This document shows positions 27,991 through 37,538 of a DNA stretch of 64,000 nucleotides, in pieces (position 1 is the stretch's first letter; each line of letters opens with the position of its first letter). The position numbers and the translations under genes are program-made. The notes beneath the pieces were generated by a model. It was not told the DNA's origin. It saw only the letters and a list, made by a program, of their open reading frames with translations, and did no database searches. Source of the DNA: an uncultured Candidatus Saccharibacteria bacterium (GTDB lineage: Bacteria; Patescibacteriota; Doudnabacteria; UBA920); the NCBI GenBank assembly GCA_964474825.1, contig CAYYWQ010000001.1, positions 293,609 to 357,608 on the forward strand. Direction: 5' to 3'.

Positions 27991-29037
27991 CTAAGTAATT
28001 AACATTCCATCGCCAAAGGAAAAAAAGCGGAATTTTTTGTTTATTGCTTTTTTATAGAGTTCGAAAATTGTCTTTCTTCCGGTTAATGCCGAGACCAGCA
28101 TAAGTAAACTTGATTTAGGCACATGAAAATTTGTAATTAGCCCACCTATAAATTTAAATTTATAGTTTTCCTGAATAAACAAATTGGTGTTACCAGTTAG
28201 TTTCATCAACTTATTATGTTTTGCCGATGATTCCAAAGTTCGCGCAACTGTAGTGCCAACTGCAATAATTGGCCGCCCTTGTTTTTTTGCTTGGTTTAAA
28301 TAGGCTGCGGTTTCAGCATCAACCGAATAAAATTCGTTATGTAACTTGCCGGTTTTTAAATTTTCATCACGAAGTGGCGCAAATGTTCCCAGGCCAACGT
28401 CTAGTCTAATAAATTTAACCGTAATCCCCTGCTTTTTAAGCTTGCCGATGAGGGCCTTAGTAAAATGCAAACTGGCAGTAGGGGCTGCAACGGAAAGCCC
28501 GTATTTTGCAAAAATAGACTGATATTCTTTTCGTTTTTGGGCTTCGGTTAAGGGTGAATTTTTAATGTAAGGCGGTAGTGGTGTTTTGCCGTAAGTCTTT
28601 AAGATTTTTGGTAAATCGGAAATTGGAAAACTGGGCTTAAGAAAGTAAAACTGCCCCATTTTTTTTACAACTTTAAGTTCCGAAACAGCTTTCCGGCCGG
28701 ATAGTAGTGTAATAGTGCTGCCGACTAATAACGGTCTATTGCTTAGGACCTTAAGATAGTTATTGTCATGGCCAATGTAAAGTAGTTCAGCTTTGCCTCC
28801 GGTGGATTTTTGCACTATTAGTCTTGCCGGCCAGACTTTGGTTTGGTTAAAAACTAAAACCGCGTCTTTGGGAATATAGTTGCCTATATTTTTGAAAGTA
28901 TTGTAGCTAATTTTTTTGTTTTTGCGGTTGTAAACCAAAAGCCGCGCGTTGTCGCGTGGCTGCGTTGGGCTTTGGGCAATGAGACCTTCAGGCAAGTCGT
29001 AATTATATTGTTCTAATAGTTTCTCAAGATTATCCAT
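27991..29037 (-). CDS. queA: S-adenosylmethionine:tRNA ribosyltransferase-isomerase
   Basis: YDLPEGLIAQ, PLPPYI, AAPTASLHFT, AVGTT, TNFHVPKS, FFSFGD. Confidence 0.95.
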   Translation of the reverse strand: MDNLEKLLEQYNYDLPEGLIAQSPTQPRDNARLLVYNRKNKKISYNTFKNIGNYIPKDAVLVFNQTKVWPARLIVQKSTGGKAELLYIGHDNNYLKVLSNRPLLVGSTITLLSGRKAVSELKVVKKMGQFYFLKPSFPISDLPKILKTYGKTPLPPYIKNSPLTEAQKRKEYQSIFAKYGLSVAAPTASLHFTKALIGKLKKQGITVKFIRLDVGLGTFAPLRDENLKTGKLHNEFYSVDAETAAYLNQAKKQGRPIIAVGTTVARTLESSAKHNKLMKLTGNTNLFIQENYKFKFIGGLITNFHVPKSSLLMLVSALTGRKTIFELYKKAINKKFRFFSFGDGMLIT

Positions 29038-29962
29038 TCGCGGTCCCAAGTTTGTTCGCTAATACTGATTTGTAATAAAAATATCCTACTATTGCAAAAG
29101 TACTTAAAGGGGCAATGTAGGGTGGAATATGAAAACCAAAAGCATCGGTAAGCATAATCACACCCAAAAATAGAATGGAATACATAGCGCCATTCTTTAT
29201 GAAAATGTATTTTTTTATGCGGTCAATATTTTTTATGGTAAACTCCCGAACTACAAAAGCGCCTAAAGAATTACCCAGCAAAATTAATGGCACCGAAAGA
29301 GTAAAAGCAAAAGCTCCCAAAACCCCGTCTATAGAAAAAGTGGAGTCTATAACTTCCAAGTATAAAATTTTGCTTATGTCGGAAAGATTTCCGCTGCCCG
29401 AAAGAAGTTCTTTTTCTCTATGGCTGGCGTTTTCCTTAAACCCGTGCGTAATAAAAAAAGCAGTAGACCCTATAACCGCGGCAAAACCCATAAAAGGATT
29501 AATTTTTAGTCCTTGCCACACAATAATGGAAAGAAGTATGGAAACAACCGCGTAAAACCACACGCCCTGTTCCTTAAAGAATTTTTCCCCGCGAAGCCCG
29601 TAATTTTTAGGTTCCAAAAATAACCAATGGAAAAACAAAAAAATTAAAAATACGCCGCCAGCCATAAGTAATAATGGCGCAGAGGCTTCTACTGCTTCCT
29701 TAACCCTTGGGTCTGAAGAAAAGGCAGCAGTTAAGGCCTGCCAAGGCCCAAGGCCGGGGGTAGCCAGCCAAACTATTAACCACGGCAAAAGCCCTCTTAC
29801 TACAAATACCGCAAAAAACATTCCCCAAACCAAAAACCAGCGCCTGGCTTTTTGGCCCATAGTTGAAAGCACTTCGGCGTTTATTATTGCGTTGTCTATG
29901 CTGCTGACTGTTTCAAACAAACAAAGCCCTAAAACTGTCAAAATAATTGCAAATATACCCAT
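29030..29962 (-). CDS. DUF475 / TerC-like membrane protein
   Basis: E..SS.DNAIINA..L..M, YLEVID..FS.DGV.GAFA, GAMYSI. Confidence 0.85.
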   Translation of the reverse strand: MGIFAIILTVLGLCLFETVSSIDNAIINAEVLSTMGQKARRWFLVWGMFFAVFVVRGLLPWLIVWLATPGLGPWQALTAAFSSDPRVKEAVEASAPLLLMAGGVFLIFLFFHWLFLEPKNYGLRGEKFFKEQGVWFYAVVSILLSIIVWQGLKINPFMGFAAVIGSTAFFITHGFKENASHREKELLSGSGNLSDISKILYLEVIDSTFSIDGVLGAFAFTLSVPLILLGNSLGAFVVREFTIKNIDRIKKYIFIKNGAMYSILFLGVIMLTDAFGFHIPPYIAPLSTFAIVGYFYYKSVLANKLGTANG

Positions 29963-29969
29963 AGGGATA

Positions 29970-31100
29970 TTATATCAGATATTTCTTACCTTTTAATTTT
30001 TCTGGTAAATAATCATCAGTGTCGTATTTTTCATAACCTTTGCCATACCCCAAGTCTTTCATAAGTTTTGTGGGGGCGTTTCTAATATTCATTGGCACCG
30101 GTAGGTTTCCAAAATCAGCCACATCTTTTTGGGCTGCTCGCAACGCGTCGTAGCTAGATCTGTCTTTTTTGCATTGGCTCAAGTAAGCAACGCCGTGGGC
30201 TAAATTTATGGCGCATTCCGGGTAGCCAATGGTTTCGCAGGCTCTAAAAACTTCATTAGCTACCACTAAGGCCGTTGGCTGGGCAAGGCCAATGTCTTCG
30301 CTGGCAAAAACTACCATTCGTCTTGCAATAAATAATGGATCCTCCCCTGCTTCTACCATACGCGCTAAATAATAAATTGCTGCGTTAGCCTGCGAAGCGC
30401 GCATGCTTTTTATAAATGCAGAAATAGTATTGTAATGTTCCTCCCCTGCTTTGTCGTAACGCAGGTATTTGGACTGAAGAGTATTTTTTAAAGTTTCAGT
30501 GGTAACTTTTTCATAAAGTGTAATGGTGTTTTCCAACATGGAAATAGCCTGGCGAGCGTCACCATTGCTCATTTTCACCAGCCAGTCTTTGGCTTTTTTG
30601 TCTAGCTTGATTTTGGTTTGATGTATGATCTCTCCAATTTCTTCATCAGTCAACTCATTTAAAACAAATACCTTGGCCCGGGAAAGCAAGGCCGGGATAA
30701 TTTCAAAGCTGGGGTTCTCTGTAGTCGCGCCAATTAAATATAATTTTCCGGATTCCACAAAGGGCAGTAAAAAATCCTGCTGGGCTTTGTTAAACCGGTG
30801 GATCTCATCTAGGAATAGTATTTTCGGCTGACCAAGCATGGAAGGTTTGTCCACAATTTTTCTTATGTCTTCCTTGCCGGCTGAAACCGCGGACAGTTCG
30901 TGGTATTCAGCATTAACCGCATTGGCGTAAATTCTGGCAAGCGTGGTTTTCCCTACCCCTGGCGGGCCCCAAAGAATAAAACTGAACAAATGTTTTTGTT
31001 CAATAGCAATTTTTAGCGGCTTCCCCTCCCCTACCAAATGCTGTTGCCCAACAAAAGTTTGTAGGGATGTAGGCCTGATTTTATTCGCTAAGGGTTCCAT
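29970..31100 (-). CDS. rarA: replication-associated recombination protein A
   Basis: [40 protein letters not shown]. Confidence 0.95.
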   Translation of the reverse strand: MEPLANKIRPTSLQTFVGQQHLVGEGKPLKIAIEQKHLFSFILWGPPGVGKTTLARIYANAVNAEYHELSAVSAGKEDIRKIVDKPSMLGQPKILFLDEIHRFNKAQQDFLLPFVESGKLYLIGATTENPSFEIIPALLSRAKVFVLNELTDEEIGEIIHQTKIKLDKKAKDWLVKMSNGDARQAISMLENTITLYEKVTTETLKNTLQSKYLRYDKAGEEHYNTISAFIKSMRASQANAAIYYLARMVEAGEDPLFIARRMVVFASEDIGLAQPTALVVANEVFRACETIGYPECAINLAHGVAYLSQCKKDRSSYDALRAAQKDVADFGNLPVPMNIRNAPTKLMKDLGYGKGYEKYDTDDYLPEKLKGKKYLI

Positions 31101-31135
31101 ACAAAAATAGTATACGATTGTATACCCTATGTCAA

Positions 31136-31849
31136 TTAGGGAATGTTGAGAGTAGAGTTTTTTCTTTTGTCAAAAATATAATGTTTAATTAGTAATATTC
31201 CCACCCATGCCCCAAAGACAATCAACACCCATTTTATACCCATAATTTCCAAAGCTTTATCCCCTAAACTTGCCACAAGGGCTCCCCAAAAAGTATTCCA
31301 AATAATTATCCCAACCGCGGAGTAAACAGAAAATTTAAGCAAAGGAATTTGTAATGTCCCGGCCGCAGTTGCCACAATGGAGGCCAAATTTGGTTCCCAA
31401 TAAGTAAAAAACACGGCGTTAAGTTGGTGTTTTTGCAGTTTAGCCTGGGCATTTTCTAAAGATTTTTTTAGGCCAAATTTCAGCAGTAGTTTGTACCAGC
31501 CGTATTTTCCTACAGCGTAATCTATAGTGTAGCCAATAAAAAAAGACAAAGACACTACAGCAACGACCGCAGCCACCCTGGGCCAGTTATGCCCCGCCGA
31601 AATAACGCCTAAAAAAATTACCAGACCGCCCGGATAATATTGCCCTAAAATTAACGTGCCTTCGAGTAGGGCGCTTACAAAAACCAGCCAAAGGCCATAA
31701 TGGGCAAACCAGTCTTTGGTTAAACTGACCAATTGCTCCCCTTTTGGCAACTGGAATAAATCCCAAAGCACCAAGACCGACAAATACCCAAGCATTAGCA
31801 GTAATGGAATGCTCAAGATTTTTACAATGGCTTTAAGTTTTTCTTTCAT
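31136..31849 (-). CDS. DedA family membrane protein
   Basis: LEG...GQYYPG, IGYTIDYAVG, AGTL..P..KF. Confidence 0.75.
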   Translation of the reverse strand: MKEKLKAIVKILSIPLLLMLGYLSVLVLWDLFQLPKGEQLVSLTKDWFAHYGLWLVFVSALLEGTLILGQYYPGGLVIFLGVISAGHNWPRVAAVVAVVSLSFFIGYTIDYAVGKYGWYKLLLKFGLKKSLENAQAKLQKHQLNAVFFTYWEPNLASIVATAAGTLQIPLLKFSVYSAVGIIIWNTFWGALVASLGDKALEIMGIKWVLIVFGAWVGILLIKHYIFDKRKNSTLNIP

Positions 31850-31851
31850 TT

Positions 31852-32325
31852 TTATATTACCGATGTTATTTCTGGATTAACCAAGGTTTTATAATCCTCG
31901 GACTTCATGGCTAAAGAAAATTTTCTGTCGCCGGCGTTAAAGACAATTTTTTCGTTTTCAAATAGTGTGGGATCAGCGTAAACTTTTAAATTAAATAAAT
32001 TGCCAAACGGCGGCACGCCGCCTATTTGTACTCCCCCTGTAACATCTGCAATTTCGTCTGGCGTGGCAAAACGGAGGTCTTTAACGTTTAGCGCGGTTTT
32101 AACTTTTTTAGAGTTAAATTTTTGGTCCGCGGGGAAGACCAACATTAGAAAATTTTCATCTGCCCTGGCAATTATAGCTTTGGCCCCTTGATGAAGCGTG
32201 TAACCAGGCCTGGTTTTTGCCGCTTCTTCGCTGGTTTTAACTTCCTCGTGCTCAAAAGTTTCAAACCAAAAGTTGTTGTCTGTTAACAAATCTTTAATTT
32301 TTTGTACAGTCGGATGATATGTCAT
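31852..32325 (-). CDS. YbaK/EbsC family aminoacyl-tRNA deacylase
   Basis: FEH, GAKA, LRFA, GGVPPFG, FNAG. Confidence 0.85.
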   Translation of the reverse strand: MTYHPTVQKIKDLLTDNNFWFETFEHEEVKTSEEAAKTRPGYTLHQGAKAIIARADENFLMLVFPADQKFNSKKVKTALNVKDLRFATPDEIADVTGGVQIGGVPPFGNLFNLKVYADPTLFENEKIVFNAGDRKFSLAMKSEDYKTLVNPEITSVI

Positions 32326-32373
32326 ATTGCTAATTATATCATTTTTTTAAAATAAAACGCTCTTACGAGCGTT

Positions 32374-33840
32374 TTATAAAGTTTCTAAATCCACAGTTTG
32401 GTCTATTCTTATTTGGCTCACGAAGTCCGGAATATGGCTGACCATAATCATGCCGCCTTTGTATTCGTTAAGCGCTTGGGCAATTACAGGAAGGTGACGG
32501 AAGTTTATATGGTTTGTGGGTTCGTCTAAAATTAACAACCCCGGCTTCATTAAGACTAAGCGCGCAAACGACAGAAGTCCTTTTTGTCCTTCGGACAAGC
32601 TACTAATTTGATGGTCCAGGGTTTTGCCGTCTAGTAAAAAAGAGGCGGCTGTGGCGCGCAAATGGTGTTCGTCTTTTTTTTGCATAGCGTCCATTAGCGC
32701 GTCAAAAGCTCTTTGTTCAAAATCAAAGTTGGAAAAATCTTGTTTGTAATATCCAACCACTACATCTTTTGGAATTAAAACGTCTTCCGCGGTTTTGTCG
32801 TAGAGGGACTGCAAAAAAGTACTCTTCCCTGCTCCGTTAGGGCCGCTAATTAAAATGTGTGTGTCTTTGCGAATAGTTAAATCAATCTTTTTATTTTCCG
32901 GTTTGTGGTTCTTGAAAACTTTTATGGAATCTATTTTAGCAATGAGCCCGTTAAAGAATGGGTCGAATTCCTGCATAGGAATTTCAAATTCTTTTATGGT
33001 TTTGTCTTCGCGCCTGACTTCCACAATGCTTTCCTCGGCTTCTTCGGCCGCTTCCCGCATTCGCTTTGCCACGCCACGCAGTTTGCCGCCTTTGTGTGCA
33101 AAAACTTCGGCCTGGGTGCGCTTCTTTTTTATTTCGCTTTCCATACGCGCGTTCTGCAAATTTTCACGTTCTATCCTTGCTTTAATTTCTTCCACCACGT
33201 CATAATAATTTCCCGTGTATTGTTCAATTTTGTGGGTAAAAACGTCTAAGTATAAAACGCCGTCCGTAAAGGCGTTTAAAAATTCCGCGTCGTGGGAAAT
33301 AACTATGCAGGTTTTCTCATACATCATTAAAAATCCGGTTAAATGTTCGATTCCGGTTTGGTCTAAATTGTTTGTGGGCTCGTCCAGCAGTAAAATGTCG
33401 GGGTTCTGAATTAGCGCGTAAGCTAAAAGCAATCTGGCCTGCTGTCCACCGGAAAAAGATTTCACAATTCGTTCAAGAGGAACTTCCAAATTTACGGCTT
33501 CCAAAACGTTTTTAATGTGTTTGTCTAAGTCGTACTTTTTTTCAGCAAAGGCTGTGGCAAAATAATCGCGCACTGTTAAATCTAAATGCTCGGCCGGCAT
33601 TACTTGTCTGGCGATCCCAACTGTTAAATCGGTCGGAGTGAAATAAAGCGCGCCTTCGTTGGGCTTAAGCTCTTTGGTAATGAGCTTAAAAAGCGAGCTC
33701 TTGCCCGCGCCATTTTGCCCCATTAAAGCAATGCGACTGCCGTTACGCACAGAAAAACTGGCTTCCTGTAATATTGTTTTGTGGTGGTCGTACTCGAAGG
33801 TAACGTCTGAAAACCTTAGCACGACTTCGTTGTTGGCCAT
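32374..33840 (-). CDS. ABC-F family ATPase
   Basis: Two NBDs (GQNGAGKS, GPNGAGKS; LLDEPTNN, LDEPTNH), no TM segments. Confidence 0.92.
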   Translation of the reverse strand: MANNEVVLRFSDVTFEYDHHKTILQEASFSVRNGSRIALMGQNGAGKSSLFKLITKELKPNEGALYFTPTDLTVGIARQVMPAEHLDLTVRDYFATAFAEKKYDLDKHIKNVLEAVNLEVPLERIVKSFSGGQQARLLLAYALIQNPDILLLDEPTNNLDQTGIEHLTGFLMMYEKTCIVISHDAEFLNAFTDGVLYLDVFTHKIEQYTGNYYDVVEEIKARIERENLQNARMESEIKKKRTQAEVFAHKGGKLRGVAKRMREAAEEAEESIVEVRREDKTIKEFEIPMQEFDPFFNGLIAKIDSIKVFKNHKPENKKIDLTIRKDTHILISGPNGAGKSTFLQSLYDKTAEDVLIPKDVVVGYYKQDFSNFDFEQRAFDALMDAMQKKDEHHLRATAASFLLDGKTLDHQISSLSEGQKGLLSFARLVLMKPGLLILDEPTNHINFRHLPVIAQALNEYKGGMIMVSHIPDFVSQIRIDQTVDLETL

Positions 33841-33927
33841 TGTTGAATTAAAATTTTAAAAAAAGGAAAGCGGCAATATTGTCGCTTTGTTTAGCTATTG
33901 TAACATACTGGCGGAAATTTTTCAAAT

Positions 33928-33958
33928 AAAAAACCCTCCCGGAGCAGGAGGGTTTTTA
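33928..33958 (-). terminator. intrinsic terminator after trpB
   Basis: AAAAAACCCTCC-CGGAGCA-GGAGGGTTTTT immediately after the trpB stop. Confidence 0.8.
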
Positions 33959-33961
33959 CCT

Positions 33962-35173
33962 TTAAAGATTGATTTTTTCCGCAATGTAGTCTATGTCTTT
34001 GTCTCCCCTGCCTGAAAGATTAACAATAATAATTTTGTCTTTCGTAAGGCCGGGCGCCAATTTAATCGCATATGCCAAGGCGTGAGAGCTTTCCAGGGCT
34101 GGAATAATTCCTTCCAGTTTGGATAATTCGCAAAAGGCATTAAGGGCCTCCTCGTCGTTTGCTGTAACGTATTTTACTCGGCCTGTGTCCTTAAAGTGGC
34201 TGTGTGCAGGGCCAACTCCCGGATAGTCTAGTCCTGAGGCAATGGAATGCACTGGCTGGGGTTCTTGGTTCTCATTTTGCAACAAATAAGTAAACATTCC
34301 GTGTATGGTTCCGGGCGAGCCCATAGTTAAAGTTGCGGCGTGTTCTCCGGGCTTAAAACTTTTACCGCCCGGTTCCACCCCAACCATGTTAACGGGATCG
34401 TTTAAAAATTCCTGGAACAGGCCAATGGCATTGGATCCGCCTCCTACGCAGGCGACTAAATAGTCTGGAAGCTTGTTTTCTTTTTTAAGAATTTGTTGCC
34501 TGGCCTCCTTCCCAACAACTGCCTGGAAATCCCGGACCATCATAGGGCAAGGGTGTGGCCCAACAACCGAGCCAATGCCAAAAAAAGTATTTTTGTATTC
34601 TCTCATGAATACTCCAAAGGCGCTGTCTACCGCGTCTTTTAAACTTTTCCCTCCGCTGTCCACGGCCACTACCTTGGCTCCGAGCAGGCGCATGCGGATT
34701 ACATTGGGGTGCTGTTTTGCAATATCTATGGAGCCCATATGGATTTCGCATTCCAGTCCTGTTAAGGCTGCGGCAGTGGCCAAAGCCACGCCGTGCTGGC
34801 CGGCCCCAGTTTCTGCTAAGAGCTTGGTCTTCCCCATCCGTTTGGCCAGCAGGGCTTCGCCCAGGCAGTGGTTAATTTTATGCGCCCCCGTATGGTTTAA
34901 GTCCTCACGTTTTAAATAAATTTTCGCGCCGCCTAATTTTTTAGTCATATTTTTTGCAAAATATAAAGGCGAAGGGCGGCCCACGTAATTTTCCAGTAAA
35001 TCCTGTAACTCCGCTTGGAATTTTGGATCAGCCTTTGCTGCGATGTAAGCTTGTTCTACTTCCGTAAGCGGGTTTTCAAGTTCGGGTGGTACAAACCTTC
35101 CGCCGTATTTGCCGAAAAACCCTTTTTTGTCAGGCAGTTGTTTAGTATTTATATCTGCTTGTATTGTTTTCAT
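33962..35173 (-). CDS. trpB: tryptophan synthase beta chain (TrpB1), stand-alone
   Basis: [55 protein letters not shown]. Confidence 0.96.
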   Translation of the reverse strand: MKTIQADINTKQLPDKKGFFGKYGGRFVPPELENPLTEVEQAYIAAKADPKFQAELQDLLENYVGRPSPLYFAKNMTKKLGGAKIYLKREDLNHTGAHKINHCLGEALLAKRMGKTKLLAETGAGQHGVALATAAALTGLECEIHMGSIDIAKQHPNVIRMRLLGAKVVAVDSGGKSLKDAVDSAFGVFMREYKNTFFGIGSVVGPHPCPMMVRDFQAVVGKEARQQILKKENKLPDYLVACVGGGSNAIGLFQEFLNDPVNMVGVEPGGKSFKPGEHAATLTMGSPGTIHGMFTYLLQNENQEPQPVHSIASGLDYPGVGPAHSHFKDTGRVKYVTANDEEALNAFCELSKLEGIIPALESSHALAYAIKLAPGLTKDKIIIVNLSGRGDKDIDYIAEKINL

Positions 35174-35299
35174 AAAAATTTATGGTTAAAATTAAAAGCC
35201 GCGGCGTGTTTCGCCAAGTTTCAGTGCAACGGGCTTTAAAATAAAAACGAATCATGAGTTGTGGGTTAAATTAAGGTTCTTCGCGGGCTCGCCCAAAAT

Positions 35300-35370
35300 A
35301 AAAAAAGCCGCCTGAGCGGGCGGTAAAAAGATTTAAAAAACAAATTCAAAATCCGCTACCCGCTAAAATG
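35300..35370 (-). promoter_or_regulatory. trp attenuator (antiterminator/terminator)
   Basis: Terminator CCGCC-CGCTCA-GGCGG plus T7; AGCGGGTAGCGG at the end of the leader can alternatively pair with CCGCCCGCT. Confidence 0.75.
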
Positions 35371-35412
35371 GGCAGCTCGCCAATTAATTAATTGGTAGAT
35401 TAGAATAAACAT
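35356..35412 (-). CDS. trpL: Trp leader peptide, 18 aa (MFILIYQLINWRAAHFSG)
   Basis: Short ORF with Trp-Arg, starting 6 nt after the -10 box and ending inside the antiterminator arm. Confidence 0.7.
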   Translation of the reverse strand: MFILIYQLINWRAAHFSG

Positions 35413-35418
35413 AGTCTT

Positions 35419-35447
35419 ATTGTACTACTGCACTAGTGCGCTGTCAA
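35419..35447 (-). promoter_or_regulatory. sigma70 promoter overlapped by TrpR-like operator
   Basis: TTGACA-17-TACAAT; GCACTAGTGCAGTAGTAC (35422-35439) matches GTACTAGTTAACTAGTAC at 14/18. Confidence 0.75.
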
Positions 35448-35480
35448 ATATAAAACCGGCCACAATCTGCGCAGCTTGCC

Positions 35481-35963
35481 TTATGTACTTCTGTAAATTT
35501 TAATTTCGTGATTTGTGATTTGTAAAATTTTTTTAAAATCTTCTGTTGAAATAGCCAGCGTGGCAGTATTAATGTTAGGGTGCATGTAAATTTTTTCCTG
35601 ACTAAGCAGGTCTTGGTCTATGGCAAAAGCAACTTTTGAATTAACGTCGTTTATTAGGCCCAAAGGCGAAACTGATCCCGGCGTTAGCCCTAGTAATTCA
35701 AGTAGTTTTTCCGGAGAAGCAAAACGCAAACTTTTTTCACCAAAAAATTGGCTTAAGTGTTTCAGGTTGGCGCGTTTTTCGTCCATAATGGTCACCAAAT
35801 AAAAACGCTGTTTTTTGTCGTCGCACAAAAATAGGTTCTTGGTCTGCTGTCCCGGCACGTGCGCGGCTTTGGTCTTTACGTCCTCGACCGTAAAAACAGG
35901 CTCATGCTCAAACTTTTCAAAAGCAACATTATGGAGTTTCAAAAACTCAAAAACGTTTGTCAT
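35481..35963 (-). CDS. ProXp-ala/PrdX-like tRNA editing protein (YbaK superfamily)
   Basis: EHEPVFTV, TKNLFL, LRFAS, PGSVSPLGLIND, HPNINTAT. Confidence 0.88.
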   Translation of the reverse strand: MTNVFEFLKLHNVAFEKFEHEPVFTVEDVKTKAAHVPGQQTKNLFLCDDKKQRFYLVTIMDEKRANLKHLSQFFGEKSLRFASPEKLLELLGLTPGSVSPLGLINDVNSKVAFAIDQDLLSQEKIYMHPNINTATLAISTEDFKKILQITNHEIKIYRST

Positions 35964-36055
35964 AATAATAAAAAATACTCCCTCTTTGTATTATAGCAAA
36001 AACCCATTCTTGCCTTTAGTCTTTTCGCACAAAAATGGGTTTTGTTTCTATTAAA

Positions 36056-36556
36056 TTATTGTAATCCGTTTGGCGTAACTGTCCGTACCCCCGCTTTCCA
36101 GTCGGCGTTGTCCGCGCCAATGCATGCTGTTAATGTATAAGTGTAGCCGTCGTCTGTAACTTGGTACCAGTAGTTGTTGTTGCCAATGCCAATATTGCCT
36201 TGGCAGTCCCCGTCCGTTGGAAGCGGTGCTACAGGCATAAATGCCGTGTAAGTTGGGACAAAAGGTTCGTCTCCGCCGTCCAAAGCTGCCGGGTCGCTAA
36301 TTACCGCCCCGCCGTTACCCGCGCTGTCTATGGAAAGGGTGCCGGTAGGGTAAGAACCATGGGCAATATGGTACTGTTCCATGGAAGTTACCATTTGCCT
36401 AATGTCACCAATCCTTTTAGCGTCCCGAGCCCTGGCCCTTGCCCTGCCTACTGCGGCCAAAACAACGCTAGACAGCACGCCAATTATTGCAATTACAACT
36501 AAAAGTTCAATTAAAGTAAATCCCCTACCGCTGCCGGGCTTTATATTTATTCTCAT
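36056..36556 (-). CDS. type IV pilin / GspG-like prepilin
   Basis: G|FTLIELLVVIAIIGVL, ARDAKR..D, YP. Confidence 0.9.
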   Translation of the reverse strand: MRINIKPGSGRGFTLIELLVVIAIIGVLSSVVLAAVGRARARARDAKRIGDIRQMVTSMEQYHIAHGSYPTGTLSIDSAGNGGAVISDPAALDGGDEPFVPTYTAFMPVAPLPTDGDCQGNIGIGNNNYWYQVTDDGYTYTLTACIGADNADWKAGVRTVTPNGLQ

Positions 36557-36574
36557 AACCTTTAAGCCTCCAAA

Positions 36575-37453
36575 TTATTTTATAAATTGCTGCAATATTA
36601 AACTCAGTCCCCAAAAATAAAATCCGGCTCCGGCAAATCCGGCAATGGCTACGGGTGTAAAGTGGCCGCGGTCAAAAGCAAAATGGTTATAAGTCCAAAG
36701 TTTTTTGGAAATAATCCATTGGGAAGCTTTGCCAAAAAGGTATTCAATTGCCGCTGAAAGGAGTCCAAAAATAAGGGCTATCCAAATAAATAGCGGGCCA
36801 TATATTGCGGCGCAGGCAGCCAAGGCAACCCAAAAAGGGAAAGTATAAAAAACAAAATTTTTCCAGGTAAGTTTGGTAAACCGGTGGTTGTGGCGTTTTT
36901 GCAGAATAAAAGTTACCCATAGCAGCATTTGAAGGACAAGGCAGGATAAAAATACAATAATAAATACATAATAGAATGGAATTGAACCGGATTGCGCCAG
37001 GGCAGAAGATGCGCCAACATTAAAGTAATTAACGAGAGGCGTAAGCCACATTACTATGGCCAAAAGAAGCATGGCTCCCCCGCCCCAGGGAAGAATGTTC
37101 AGCCAGCTTGAAGATCCCCGGTCAATTGTTTTTACCGTGTAAGCGTAAAAAGGTTTTTTAAAAAACATATTCCAGGACTCTGAGCAAAGAATTTCAAACA
37201 GCATTCCGGCAAAACCTAAAACCAAAAAAATAAAAATTGGCGCCAGAGTATTGGTGCTCATGGCATGTACGACCGGATAGACCCCAAACCCCGCAATAAA
37301 CAAATAATAATTTTTTATATTAAAACGAAAACCCCGGACCTTAAGTTTACCGGTTTTATAATTTTGCCACGCCACAGTTATAATCCAAATTAACGCAAAA
37401 GACAGCAGCGAGGTTTTTATATATGCAAAAGGGTCCAAATATAGACCAGGCAT
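36575..37453 (-). CDS. polytopic membrane protein with internal duplication
   Basis: Two repeats of E.L....W....K..(Y/W).Y....DRG. Confidence 0.65.
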   Translation of the reverse strand: MPGLYLDPFAYIKTSLLSFALIWIITVAWQNYKTGKLKVRGFRFNIKNYYLFIAGFGVYPVVHAMSTNTLAPIFIFLVLGFAGMLFEILCSESWNMFFKKPFYAYTVKTIDRGSSSWLNILPWGGGAMLLLAIVMWLTPLVNYFNVGASSALAQSGSIPFYYVFIIVFLSCLVLQMLLWVTFILQKRHNHRFTKLTWKNFVFYTFPFWVALAACAAIYGPLFIWIALIFGLLSAAIEYLFGKASQWIISKKLWTYNHFAFDRGHFTPVAIAGFAGAGFYFWGLSLILQQFIK

Positions 37454-37538
37454 TTTGTTTTGGTTTCTTTTAGAGAATTGTTTCCTGCATTATATCATAT
37501 TTTAATATACACAGGCAAATTTTGACATTAAATATGCC

